IMG/VR virus record: IMGVR_UViG_3300020172_001601
Coordinates: 64,198 to 128,197 of that record
Length of the DNA: 64,000 nucleotides
Source: a virus
Direction: 5' to 3' (one strand)
Within the stretch, counting starts at the first letter, position 1. The number at the start of each line of letters is the position of its first letter. The translations under genes and the position numbers were made by a program. Shown in pieces: positions 1-8,602 of this stretch. The notes beneath the pieces were generated by a model. The model made no database searches and was not told the DNA's origin. It worked only from the letters and a program-made list of their open reading frames with translations.

Positions 1-1
1 A

Positions 2-442
2 GTGCATCCTGGTTTTGTGGCTTGGGCGAAGAAGACCCAAGAGAACGCTTTGTATGCTACCGAGCGTACAACCAAGTTGAAGCCCGGTGCTACCTTCCGT
101 CGATTCTTGGCGACTGATAGCGGCGACAAGAATGGGTCGCAGTCCATTGTCAATAACCTCAAGCAAGAAATCATCACGGCGGTTGGAGCCATCGGTGGCG
201 ATATTCAATCCCTGTTGACCGCAGTGGACTTGGCTACTGAAAACCGTGAGAAGGCTCATGTTGAAACTCTCCAAGGCGTTCTGAAGGAAATCATTGTTCA
301 GGCATATGCTGAACTGTGGGAATACTTGCAGAAGCAACTTCAGGATGAGCGTGCCAAGCTGCAAAAGGAAATGCAGGAAGCCGCCAACAAGCTGAAGAAT
401 GATTTCGTGTATTACATGGACCAAAAGAAAAAGGTGTGGTAA
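2..442 (+). CDS. hypothetical protein, 5'-partial, helical/coiled-coil-like
   Basis: ORF runs in from window edge; Q/K/E-rich repeats; overlaps start of next ORF. Confidence 0.4.
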   Translation: MHPGFVAWAKKTQENALYATERTTKLKPGATFRRFLATDSGDKNGSQSIVNNLKQEIITAVGAIGGDIQSLLTAVDLATENREKAHVETLQGVLKEIIVQAYAELWEYLQKQLQDERAKLQKEMQEAANKLKNDFVYYMDQKKKVW

Positions 443-1482
443 TGGCCAATATCCAGGATACGATCCGTCGTATTCAGGAGGAAGCGAAACGCACGGTCGA
501 GGCTGCTCGTTTTAGCAAAAGCAAGCCGCCGATTCCCAAGGTCGCTGTTACTCCTGTCGCAAAGGTTCCCACGACTGATGAAGTCGTGGCGAGCCTTCGT
601 GAGCAGCTTTCTACGGCTATCGCTCAAGCATTGTCCACCAAGGCTGCACGCCGTTATATTGGCGACGTGACGGAAGAATTACAGGATATTGCTGCCGAAG
701 CTATTGAGAGCGCTCGGAACACAACCGACTTTGGTGGTGCTGTTAAGACTGGTGATAAAGTCATCATCTATCCCAACAATTGCAAACTTCTTGTGCAGAA
801 CGAGAATGGTCGTGGGTCTTTCATTATTGAGGAAGCCCCTCAATATCGAACAGTATTGACTCATAGTGGGCGAAAGCCACAGACCTATCGTATTCCCATG
901 CCATACATGGTTTACCTGATTGGTTTCCAATACCAAGGTGGTGAATATTACCATGCTGGTTCCGGTATTGGTTTTGGGAAAGAGCCGATTGATTCGATTG
1001 ACACTCGGATGCTTATGCCAAAGTTGCCGCACACCCAGGGCAATATGCACATTTGTCAGCCGATGAATAAAACCAATCACAAGACCGTAAAAGAGTTGGG
1101 CGAATATGTAGTTCAGACGTTTTGGAGTACCATCTTCCATTACTCGTTTGCACACTCACGTTGCCAATTCAAAGTCGATGGCAAGAGCATCAACAGTTTT
1201 GCTGATTGGGCTAAGATCAAAAATCCTCTTGATATTCTCAAGGGCGATTTTGAGCGGGGACAATCCGTTCAAGAAGTTTTGGGCCACTTTGGTCAAGTAC
1301 AAGAGACTCGTGGAACCAATACTGCCAATCACAAGATTCAGTCAGCGGTAACTCGTGTTGTAAACGGTGTCAACAGAAGCCTTTCGGCTGAAGAATTGTC
1401 GGATGTTATTCGCAGGACGGCAGAAGAAATCGTCAATGTTGCACTTCAAAATGCCATTGGCGATTCTGCTTTACAGCATTGA
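436..1482 (+). CDS. hypothetical protein directly upstream of the JAMM-E1-Ubl operon
   Basis: 348-aa ORF; no firm family match; contains segment LPHTQGNMHIC loosely reminiscent of a UBC-type HPN..C motif (speculative). Confidence 0.45.
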   Translation: MVMANIQDTIRRIQEEAKRTVEAARFSKSKPPIPKVAVTPVAKVPTTDEVVASLREQLSTAIAQALSTKAARRYIGDVTEELQDIAAEAIESARNTTDFGGAVKTGDKVIIYPNNCKLLVQNENGRGSFIIEEAPQYRTVLTHSGRKPQTYRIPMPYMVYLIGFQYQGGEYYHAGSGIGFGKEPIDSIDTRMLMPKLPHTQGNMHICQPMNKTNHKTVKELGEYVVQTFWSTIFHYSFAHSRCQFKVDGKSINSFADWAKIKNPLDILKGDFERGQSVQEVLGHFGQVQETRGTNTANHKIQSAVTRVVNGVNRSLSAEELSDVIRRTAEEIVNVALQNAIGDSALQH

Positions 1483-1498
1483 AAATCAGTGGTATAAT
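1470..1498 (+). promoter_or_regulatory. sigma70-type promoter TTTACA-N17-TGGTATAAT driving the JAMM-E1-Ubl operon
   Basis: -35 1470-1475, -10 1493-1498, 17-nt spacer; between upstream ORF stop and JAMM start. Confidence 0.6.
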
Positions 1499-1557
1499 CT
1501 TCCCACTCGATACGTTGTCGGTTTCAAGTTCAACAAGTTCTTTCACTGGAGTACCAA

Positions 1558-2481
1558 ATGGCAGACCAACCTCCTGTTCCCCTCGCACTGTTTCCGGTGT
1601 ATTTGTTCGATCATGAATTCGAGCCGCCGAAGACGGGAACGTATTATCTCGTCACCAAGACGGGCATCTATCTGCACAAAGAAACCAAGGCGGGCAATGC
1701 ACTCGTCAAGGTCGAAGGTATTCCTTGGTTGCAAGAGCCGACCATTGAATTCCGTCTCAAGCTGCCGAAGATTCCGGGGAGCATCATCGGTCAGGCCCTT
1801 ACCTTCTTTCGGAAGGTGTTTCAACAGTACAAGTCCGAAGCGTATGTGACGCTTTTGTACAGTGCCAAGTTGAATCAATATCGTCTCTGGTGTCCGGCAC
1901 AGAAGGTGTCCGCTGCCAGCGTCAACTACGACCGCACCGACCAGCCTTCGTTCGAGGATCGTCAGTCCAACGATTGGCAGATGTGTGGCACGATTCACTC
2001 GCACTGTGACTTCAGCGCCTATCACTCCGGCACGGATATTGGCGACGAAGCCAGCTTCGACGGTATCCACATTACCCTGGGCCACGTCAATCGGGCGCAG
2101 TTCAGTATGGAAGCCAGTGTCGCCATCAACGACAAGCGTGAGAAGTTGGAACCAGAAAACTGCTGCTCCGGCGTTATCCGGGTTTCCAACAAGGAAGTTG
2201 TTTCTCGCCCATACATGACCTGGGGTGAAAGTTGCTTCTTCGATCTCGAATTGTCGGAAGAAGACGCACAACAGCTTGTTGCTGATACGGCCATCATCAA
2301 CGCCGAGTGGATGCCCAAGGTCGAACACAATGGCTGGCAGGGCAACCAGATGGGCTTCTACGGTGGTGGAGGCAACTGGAAGGGCAAGGGGTCAAAAAAA
2401 AACGGAAACGATGATCTCTTCGACCAAGGCCCCGATGAAGGTACTGCCGACTGGTGGCGAAATCAGAATTTCATCGACTAA
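1558..2481 (+). CDS. JAMM/MPN+ family metalloprotease (deubiquitinase-like)
   Basis: Exact JAMM motif H-x-H-x7-S-x2-D in HSHCDFSAYHSGTD; GGAG RBS 9 nt upstream; first gene after promoter at 1470-1498. Confidence 0.75.
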   Translation: MADQPPVPLALFPVYLFDHEFEPPKTGTYYLVTKTGIYLHKETKAGNALVKVEGIPWLQEPTIEFRLKLPKIPGSIIGQALTFFRKVFQQYKSEAYVTLLYSAKLNQYRLWCPAQKVSAASVNYDRTDQPSFEDRQSNDWQMCGTIHSHCDFSAYHSGTDIGDEASFDGIHITLGHVNRAQFSMEASVAINDKREKLEPENCCSGVIRVSNKEVVSRPYMTWGESCFFDLELSEEDAQQLVADTAIINAEWMPKVEHNGWQGNQMGFYGGGGNWKGKGSKKNGNDDLFDQGPDEGTADWWRNQNFID

Positions 2482-2570
2482 TTGAACCTGATCGTCTTGA
2501 ACCTGATCGCCCTTTGGCTCTCTAGGTGTTTAGCAAAAACTCAATCTCCAATAACGAAGGGAATAGCCTC

Positions 2571-3341
2571 ATGGCAACAAAGAAGGCGGCGAAGGACGAA
2601 TCACCCGTCGCCAAGAAGCCGCTCAAGATTAAGGTGATTGGAACGGGCGGCATCGGCCTTTGCCTGCTTCCTTCGCTCTGTCGATACCTCAACTATAACG
2701 GCGAGAAATATCCCGCCGTGGAAGTGAGCCTGATCGACGGCGATACGTTCGAGGAACGCAATCGTGAGCGACAGGACTTTGTTGAGACGGGGCCGAAGGC
2801 GTCCATGACCGCTGCCGAATATCGGGGCAAATTCCCACGACTGATGTTTTGGGACCATCCGGTATACGTCGCCGATCACAACGTCATTCAGTTGATTCGG
2901 GAGAACGATATTGTTCTTCTCTGTGTGGATAATCACAAGACCCGCAAGCTGATTAGCGACCGGGCCGAAGAACTGAAGAATGTTACCGTCATCAGTGGCG
3001 GCAACGATTGGACTGATGGAAACGTGTTGCTTCATATTCGACGGGATGAGAAGAACCTGACGCCACCTTTGGCGAGCAAGTTTCACCCGGAGATTTTGAA
3101 TCCGACCGACGAGAACCCTGCCGACGTGGAACAGAAGGCAGAAGGTTGTGCAGAGTTGGCTGTTGCTGCACCGCAACTGCTGATTACGAACAACTACATT
3201 GCCGCCAACATGCTGGCGGGACTGTACAACGTGATTGACGAAGGGCGATACGAGAAGGTTCTCGCCGCTCCGCACAATTTCGCAGAGGTCTACTGTGATC
3301 TCTCCGTGATGAAGTCCATCCCACGAGAACGCAAGGTGTAA
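2571..3341 (+). CDS. E1-like adenylyltransferase (ThiF/MoeB/ubiquitin-activating family)
   Basis: Rossmann motif KVIGTGGIG; DGDTFEERNRERQ and CVDNHKTRK resemble ThiF/MoeB adenylation motifs; alternative GTG start at 2526. Confidence 0.7.
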   Translation: MATKKAAKDESPVAKKPLKIKVIGTGGIGLCLLPSLCRYLNYNGEKYPAVEVSLIDGDTFEERNRERQDFVETGPKASMTAAEYRGKFPRLMFWDHPVYVADHNVIQLIRENDIVLLCVDNHKTRKLISDRAEELKNVTVISGGNDWTDGNVLLHIRRDEKNLTPPLASKFHPEILNPTDENPADVEQKAEGCAELAVAAPQLLITNNYIAANMLAGLYNVIDEGRYEKVLAAPHNFAEVYCDLSVMKSIPRERKV

Positions 3342-3406
3342 TCCTTCGTTCGGTTCCACAAAACATACAGAAGTTTCTTTCTCAACCGTGACAGGAGTAA
3401 TTAGCA

Positions 3407-3739
3407 ATGGCTCAAGAGCAGAAAAAGCCGGGTGGTGGGTTTTCCAACAAGAAGGCGTCGAGCGAGACGCAGTTACCACAAGGTCAGACCAGCGCCCCAA
3501 GCGCTCAGGATGCCTTGGCAAAGCTGGACGCAGCCGTGAAGGTCATTCACGGTGCCAACGACGGGTCGTTCAATCTGGCTGGATCGAAGGTTTCGACCGT
3601 TCGAGCCTCGCTGGTGGACGCCTTCAATATTCCCGGTGACGCTCAAACCTTCGTCAACGGCGAACAGGTCGATGCCAACTACACGCTCCAGAGCAACGAC
3701 ACTCTGGAATTCGTGAAGCAGGCTGGAGTCAAGGGTTAA
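3407..3739 (+). CDS. ubiquitin-like beta-grasp protein (ThiS/MoaD-like), C-terminal Gly
   Basis: C-terminal VNGEQV..LQSNDTLEFVKQAGVKG resembles the ThiS/MoaD fold and ends in Gly; disordered N-terminus; AGGAG RBS; third gene of operon. Confidence 0.6.
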   Translation: MAQEQKKPGGGFSNKKASSETQLPQGQTSAPSAQDALAKLDAAVKVIHGANDGSFNLAGSKVSTVRASLVDAFNIPGDAQTFVNGEQVDANYTLQSNDTLEFVKQAGVKG

Positions 3740-3789
3740 GGACTCAGAATGAGCGCATAACTAAGGTGGTTATGCAGTGTTTCGATGGT

Positions 3790-3817
3790 TAACCACAGGC
3801 TCACAAGCCTGTGGTTA
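3790..3817 (+). terminator. perfect 12-bp hairpin after Ubl operon (no T-run)
   Basis: TAACCACAGGCT-CACA-AGCCTGTGGTTA. Confidence 0.35.
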
Positions 3818-3856
3818 CAACCATAGGTATGAGCCTATGTAGAAAGGGTATCTCAG

Positions 3857-4360
3857 ATGAGATTTATTGTAAGTTGTTTTGCTTTGATGGCTGTCATTCC
3901 AAGTGTATGTTTTGCTCAAACGTCATGTGTGAATGGCATTTGCAATACATCAAGGGTTGTTTCTAAACATGATCTTGGTGGATTTAATTTGGCCCCTGGA
4001 GAAACTTTGGTTTCTGTCAATGGAGTTCCAGTTTCTCAATTGCAAGGGCCTTTGGTTTCGGCGGCGCAAATTGTCAAAGGTTTTGTCGGTGCAGTTGATG
4101 CAATTAGTAGCCGCATAGTCAATCGTGACTCTGCTGCTTACAACCACGCATTACGAGAAGCGCAAATTCTGGCAAACAACAGGTGGAAAGGCCACCCGTT
4201 AGGAGTAGCCCCTGGTTGCTCTTACTCAGGAACGGGGACAAGTTCTCATCCTGAAGCCCCGAATCACTGTTACGCCGGAAGTTCAGAAAGTCGATTGGTG
4301 GCTAGAGCATGTGTGCTTGGATCAGATGGAAAGTATTATTGGTCTGCTCACTATCGTTAA
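3857..4360 (+). CDS. secreted protein of unknown function (signal peptide), AT-rich possible moron
   Basis: N-terminal MRFIVSCFALMAVIPSVCFAQ signal peptide; visibly lower GC than flanks. Confidence 0.5.
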   Translation: MRFIVSCFALMAVIPSVCFAQTSCVNGICNTSRVVSKHDLGGFNLAPGETLVSVNGVPVSQLQGPLVSAAQIVKGFVGAVDAISSRIVNRDSAAYNHALREAQILANNRWKGHPLGVAPGCSYSGTGTSSHPEAPNHCYAGSSESRLVARACVLGSDGKYYWSAHYR

Positions 4361-4397
4361 TTGGAAGTCACAGTGGAAGCCAATAAAATAAATGCAC

Positions 4398-4436
4398 AAG
4401 GCGGGCGTGCCATCAGTACGCCCGCCTTGTTTCGTT
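4398..4436 (+). terminator. rho-independent terminator
   Basis: AAGGCGGGCGT..ACGCCCGCCTT stem then GTTTCGTT. Confidence 0.6.
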
Positions 4437-4497
4437 ACAATTTCTTGTAGTTCATTGAAAGAGCATTGTATACAAATCTACTATTCCGTGGTAAGAT

Positions 4498-5190
4498 ATG
4501 TCCATGAAAACCACAGCACGCTTGATTTGCATAGGTGACATACATGGTTGTGCCAATACTCTTCGAGTAATATTGAAGGATATTGACCCACAACCAGAAG
4601 ACTCTTTCGTATTTCTCGGCGACTATATCAACCGTGGTCCTGACAGCAAGGGCGTGATCGACCAGATCATTGCTCTCGGCGAAAAGTGCCACGTCGATAC
4701 GATATTGGGAAATCACGAAGAAATGCTCTTGGGTGCATACCAAGGTGGCAAATCCGATCATGCGTTTTGGTGCAAGTTCGGCGGGGACCAAACGCTGGCA
4801 TCCTACGGAGTGAATAACGTCAAAGATATTCCCGGCCAGCATTTGTTGTTCATTGCTCATTGCAAAGAATATCTGGAAACAGATGACTTTATTTTCGTTC
4901 ACGCTGGTTGCGATCCTGATCTTCCGCTGGACAAGAATGACGGTGCCGCTTTGCGATGGAATAAATTGGATACCAAGCAGACCAAGAAGCACATGACAGG
5001 CAAGACTGTTGTGTGTGGTCACACAGTTCAGCGACAGATATTTGACTTGGGCTATATCTGTTGTATTGATACAGGGTGTGGCGTTTGGCCCGGTGGCCGA
5101 TTAACTGCGATTGACCTTCGCTCCGGCAAGATTTGGCAAGCCGGTGGAAGAAGCAAGAAGGCCACAATCAAGCAGAGGGAAAACACATGA
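4498..5190 (+). CDS. Ser/Thr protein phosphatase, PPP/calcineurin-like metallophosphoesterase (lambda-PPase-like)
   Basis: GDIHG, GDYINRG and GNHE motifs. Confidence 0.75.
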   Translation: MSMKTTARLICIGDIHGCANTLRVILKDIDPQPEDSFVFLGDYINRGPDSKGVIDQIIALGEKCHVDTILGNHEEMLLGAYQGGKSDHAFWCKFGGDQTLASYGVNNVKDIPGQHLLFIAHCKEYLETDDFIFVHAGCDPDLPLDKNDGAALRWNKLDTKQTKKHMTGKTVVCGHTVQRQIFDLGYICCIDTGCGVWPGGRLTAIDLRSGKIWQAGGRSKKATIKQRENT

Positions 5191-5624
5191 GCGGATTCAA
5201 GCCAGCAGGAGCCTTCGCATATAAAACCAAGGATGGTCAAGAAACCGTTGCAGCTACGGCGAGTATGGGTTTGGTGCATTGGTATATGAGATCGTTGCCT
5301 AAGTTGGGCGATGTTCCTGATCCTTTGCCGGTCCTCGAAGTGACACCGATGGCGAGGGAGTTTCCTGGGCCATATGAACCGAACTTTTTTACGGTCGTAA
5401 TCGGCTGCATCGAGAGAACTTATGGAACAGCGCCGGAAATCGCTTCTGAGTTTTTGAGTCGAGAATGGTACAATAATCTACCAGAACGCCTTAACGACCA
5501 TAAGATTGTTGTTCAGGCTCGTCGTGATGCCGACCCTAAAGTGGTCGCTTACGAGGAAGTTTGCCTGGGCATCCTCAAGTGGTTGGCAAAGTATGGAGAC
5601 ATTATTGACCTGGAGGAACCTTGA
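5187..5624 (+). CDS. hypothetical protein
   Basis: ORF with internal ATG start after preceding gene. Confidence 0.4.
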   Translation: MSGFKPAGAFAYKTKDGQETVAATASMGLVHWYMRSLPKLGDVPDPLPVLEVTPMAREFPGPYEPNFFTVVIGCIERTYGTAPEIASEFLSREWYNNLPERLNDHKIVVQARRDADPKVVAYEEVCLGILKWLAKYGDIIDLEEP

Positions 5625-5870
5625 GCGATTTGGTGATGTGGATATGTATCGGCACGATGCTGATCGTACTCACTGAGATTTTTGGTCCGCTTTATGTAAA
5701 GTATTTCTGGCATGATCCAGAACGCCGCCTCAAAGAAATTGAGCGGCAAAATGCTTTGCTTGACAGAATCGAAAACTTCTGATATTCTCTGAGCAGTGAA
5801 ATAAACCGGGGCAGCGATGCCCTGGTTCTTTTGAAAAACAAAAAGAAAGTCGCCAGAAACCCAAATCGAC

Positions 5871-5899
5871 TTTACAAGCCTTGAAGACCGTGGTAGAAT
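5871..5899 (+). promoter_or_regulatory. sigma70-type promoter TTTACA-N17-TGGTAGAAT, first of tandem pair
   Basis: -35 TTTACA 5871-5876, 17-nt spacer, extended -10 TGGTAGAAT. Confidence 0.6.
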
Positions 5900-5968
5900 G
5901 ATTGCACAACGCTGATGAAACCGACGACGGAATCAAAAAAGAAAAGTTGTCGGAAACCTGAAGTGGAC

Positions 5969-5997
5969 TTTACAAGGATGGAAAGCTGTGGTAGAAT
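5969..5997 (+). promoter_or_regulatory. sigma70-type promoter, second of tandem pair upstream of tRNA-like cluster
   Basis: TTTACA-N17-TGGTAGAAT; upstream block repeats sequence from first copy. Confidence 0.6.
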
Positions 5998-6127
5998 GAT
6001 GACACAACGGAAATGATCCAGCAACCTTGCAGCGATGGTTGATGGGTAACAAGGGTGTGTGAGGGAGGCGCTGTGACCTCCGCACTTAATGTAAACCTGT
6101 AAAATGGTTTCGCCCTTAAAACGATAT

Positions 6128-6218
6128 GGCGAGGTAGCTCAGTCTGTTAGAGCATTGTGAATAGGGGCCGAAAGGTCTACTAACGCAAGGGTCGGTGGTT
6201 AAAATCCATCCCTCGCCA
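6128..6218 (+). tRNA. oversized tRNA-like gene (91 nt); anticodon stem TTGTG/CGCAA encloses a 24-nt loop with GAAA-tetraloop hairpin
   Basis: Acceptor GGCGAGG/CCTCGCC, D-arm GCTC..GAGC, T-arm GGTGG-TTAAAAT-CCATC. Confidence 0.4.
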
Positions 6219-6295
6219 CTTTGTAAGTCAAATGCCGTCAGGACTACATTTGCAAAACGTAACGTCTTGGCAACCATTTGTTGACTTACATTTAT

Positions 6296-6410
6296 GGACT
6301 GTTAGCTCAGTGGCCTGTTTACAGGGAAGCCGGTTGTATTAGCCGAGAAATCGGATGATACAAACACTTCAGAGCGTCGTAGCAATACGAAGGTCGATGG
6401 TTCGATTCCA
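6296..6410 (+). tRNA. oversized tRNA-like gene (115 nt) with ~60-nt D-loop insertion and a 4-nt loop where the anticodon loop should be
   Basis: Acceptor GGACTGT/ACGGTCC, T-arm GATGG-TTCGATT-CCATC; internal GAAA/GCAA tetraloop hairpins. Confidence 0.4.
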
Positions 6411-6424
6411 TCACGGTCCACTAT

Positions 6425-6602
6425 GGGGAAGTAGTAGAATCCAACTCAGAGCAGTTGGAGTGGAAAAGCAGTTTAGGCTCACGGAGCAATCCGCATGTTG
6501 ATGGGGAAACCCATAAACATGAACCAAGAGGGGCGACCCTCGAACAACTGCCGAGAATACCGGGGTAACTCGGTGATGCTGGTTCGAGTCCAGCCTTCCC
6601 CA
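6425..6602 (+). tRNA. tRNA-like termini (GGGGAAG...CTTCCCC plus T-arm) separated by 178 nt; may be one interrupted gene or composite
   Basis: 5' acceptor/D-like start and 3' CTGG-TTCGAGT-CCAG T-arm with complementary acceptor strand. Confidence 0.25.
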
Positions 6603-6606
6603 CTAC

Positions 6607-6717
6607 GCAGCGGTAGCTCAAATAGAACCGTTTTACAGGTAGTGGCAACATTACTTGCATTTGGTAGAGCCTTCCGTAAGGAAGAGGTTGAAGGTGAGAG
6701 TCCTTCCCGCTGCACCA
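6607..6717 (+). tRNA. oversized tRNA-like gene (110 nt) with ~38-nt D-loop insertion and encoded CCA
   Basis: Acceptor GCAGCGG/CCGCTGC, D-stem GCTC/GAGC enclosing insert, T-arm GAAGG-TGAGAGT-CCTTC, ACCA end. Confidence 0.35.
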
Positions 6718-6880
6718 TGCTGGGGTAGTAGAATTGGAATGTATGACTAGGAAGCGACATGAGGTTGTAATGACCTTTAATTCGCCCCCATGACCATACA
6801 GAGAACGCTACAGTAATGTGGAAATGCAGGTTCGAGTCCTGCCCCCGGCACTTAACATTCAACACACAGGAGATTGCACG

Positions 6881-7351
6881 ATGGCATCAATTTCGCTTGC
6901 GAAGGCCCTGAAGCTGAAGAACCGTCTGGCTGGTCGTCTGAACAAAGTTCAGAATGATATTGTGACGTACAACTCAGTCCTGACCGAACAAGCGGGCAAA
7001 GTTGATGTTCCCGCTCTGTGCAAACTGCGTGATGAGATCGCCGACAACCTCATCGCATTGAAGACGAAGATCATCGTCTCCAATGCTGAGATTCAGGGCG
7101 ACCTGATTCGTCAGGGAGAATTGAAGTCCAAGTTGACGTGGCTTGCCACGCTCGACACCCGTGACGGCAAGGAACGTCATGGCTACCAAAACACCGAAGT
7201 AACCTGGACGGCCACGCTCAAGAAGAAAGACGTGGACGACGAAACCAGGAAGCTGGAAACCGAGATCGACGCCATCCAGGATAAGCTGGACAGCTTCAAC
7301 CACACGAAGAAAGTGGAAGTTGCTGATCGTTCGCTCGAACTCGCCAGCTAA
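6881..7351 (+). CDS. hypothetical protein (coiled-coil-like)
   Basis: AGGAG RBS then ATG at 6881; track ORF 6818 start trimmed because it began inside a tRNA-like gene. Confidence 0.45.
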   Translation: MASISLAKALKLKNRLAGRLNKVQNDIVTYNSVLTEQAGKVDVPALCKLRDEIADNLIALKTKIIVSNAEIQGDLIRQGELKSKLTWLATLDTRDGKERHGYQNTEVTWTATLKKKDVDDETRKLETEIDAIQDKLDSFNHTKKVEVADRSLELAS

Positions 7352-7392
7352 CGAGCCACCACGATCCGGGAGAGTAAGAGGGTCTGTGAGGA

Positions 7393-7440
7393 AACTATCG
7401 GGGGCTTCGGCCACCGATGGTCGTTTCTCCGAAAGGAGAG
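7393..7440 (+). terminator. two consecutive stable tetraloop hairpins (UUCG then GAAA) after ORF
   Basis: ATCGGGGGC-TTCG-GCCACCGAT and TCTCC-GAAA-GGAGA; contains GGGCTTCGGCCA 12-mer also found in tRNA-like inserts. Confidence 0.35.
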
Positions 7441-8146
7441 ACATTACATATTGTTCACGGTCAAGGTGACGCCTTATAGTTGAAACCTGATCGACTCAAA
7501 ATGTAAGCCTCAAGCTACAAAACTTTTCCCCTCCTGGCTTTCCCTTTTCCGGGTCGTGGCCTTTTCATGAACGGTAACTTCAGACGCTTAGTACGCAACC
7601 TTCGGAGGCAATCCATGAAGACTTACATCTTCACTCTCACAGATGAAGCGCAGGCAGAACCAGCACGGTTCTTGCCGTTCATCGAGAGCGAACTTGCTGC
7701 CCAGGGTTGTAGGAATTTCCAATACCTCACAGAAGTTGGTTGCATCACAGCCGACTTCCCAGGTGAACGGACTTTCGGCCCGATCAACGGTATCGGATCA
7801 GCGGAAGAAAGCGTCGATTGCACGACGCAAGCGTAACATGCCTTGGAAGGGGACCAGCATCCTCCCCAAAGTTGACTATATGTTGGTGATAGGTAGCATC
7901 TTCGGATGCCAACCCGCTTTAAGAACAAGCCAAACGTCTAGTGCCGAGTAGCTTGTTCTCCAACATGACTTCTACCTAAAAGGTGGAAGCGGCCCCTTCC
8001 AGGCACCTTATAACCCGATGGGCGTGGCGCAGCCCTAGTCAAAACGATATGCTCTACTGATTAGTAGTAGCTGGCGTATACTACGGGACACAATCAGTGG
8101 TGTATCTACCTTAAACGGTGGGCAGCAGCCCCCATCGGGTTCCTTC

Positions 8147-8452
8147 ATGACACTTGCTGAATTGAAAGACAACTGGCAAAAGTACGGCGTGGATATTCAA
8201 GGTCAGATCAGGCCCTTGAAAGATTGCTTTGTGATTTGTTGGGGACCGATGCCCGATATTCCCGATGCCCTGTTGTTCGATACAGGCGGCGAACAAGGCG
8301 CACCGGCATATGCGTTGAAGGTGGGAGAGAATGGGGAAGACCTGATTTCGGTCAACCCGGCCAATCCAGCCGAGACGACCGTGCTGGGGAAGTTGGTTCT
8401 TTTGGAAAATTCTGGAAATCGCAGTGAACCTTTTCCAGATTCGACTCTCTAG
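8147..8452 (+). CDS. hypothetical protein
   Basis: 101-aa ORF. Confidence 0.35.
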   Translation: MTLAELKDNWQKYGVDIQGQIRPLKDCFVICWGPMPDIPDALLFDTGGEQGAPAYALKVGENGEDLISVNPANPAETTVLGKLVLLENSGNRSEPFPDSTL

Positions 8453-8602
8453 TAATGTGCGGACGTGGAGGGCCGATATGTGTGGCTTTCTCTCGGCAGT
8501 CACATATGGTTAGCGAAGCCGGGAGTTTTTGAAAAAATAGATGACGAAAAAATTTCTTGGAAAAGTGAACCTTTTTTTGAAGTAAGTCGTCTATAATACT
8601 GT

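Noticed and set aside
1543-2328. 261-aa minus-strand ORF overlapping the JAMM gene
   Set aside because: The plus-strand frame carries a perfect JAMM motif, an RBS and a promoter. The antisense ORF has no supporting signals.
6421-6865. Minus-strand ORFs (6421-6660, 6479-6865) and other minus ORFs across the tRNA array (10110-10459, 10648-10996, 11363-11599)
   Set aside because: They lie entirely over tRNA or tRNA-like genes on the opposite strand and have no RBS. They are reverse-complement artefacts of structured RNA sequence.
6818-7351. Track ORF start at 6818 (MEMQVRVLPP...)
   Set aside because: The first 60 nt lie inside the preceding tRNA-like gene. A strong AGGAG RBS precedes ATG 6881, so the start was trimmed.
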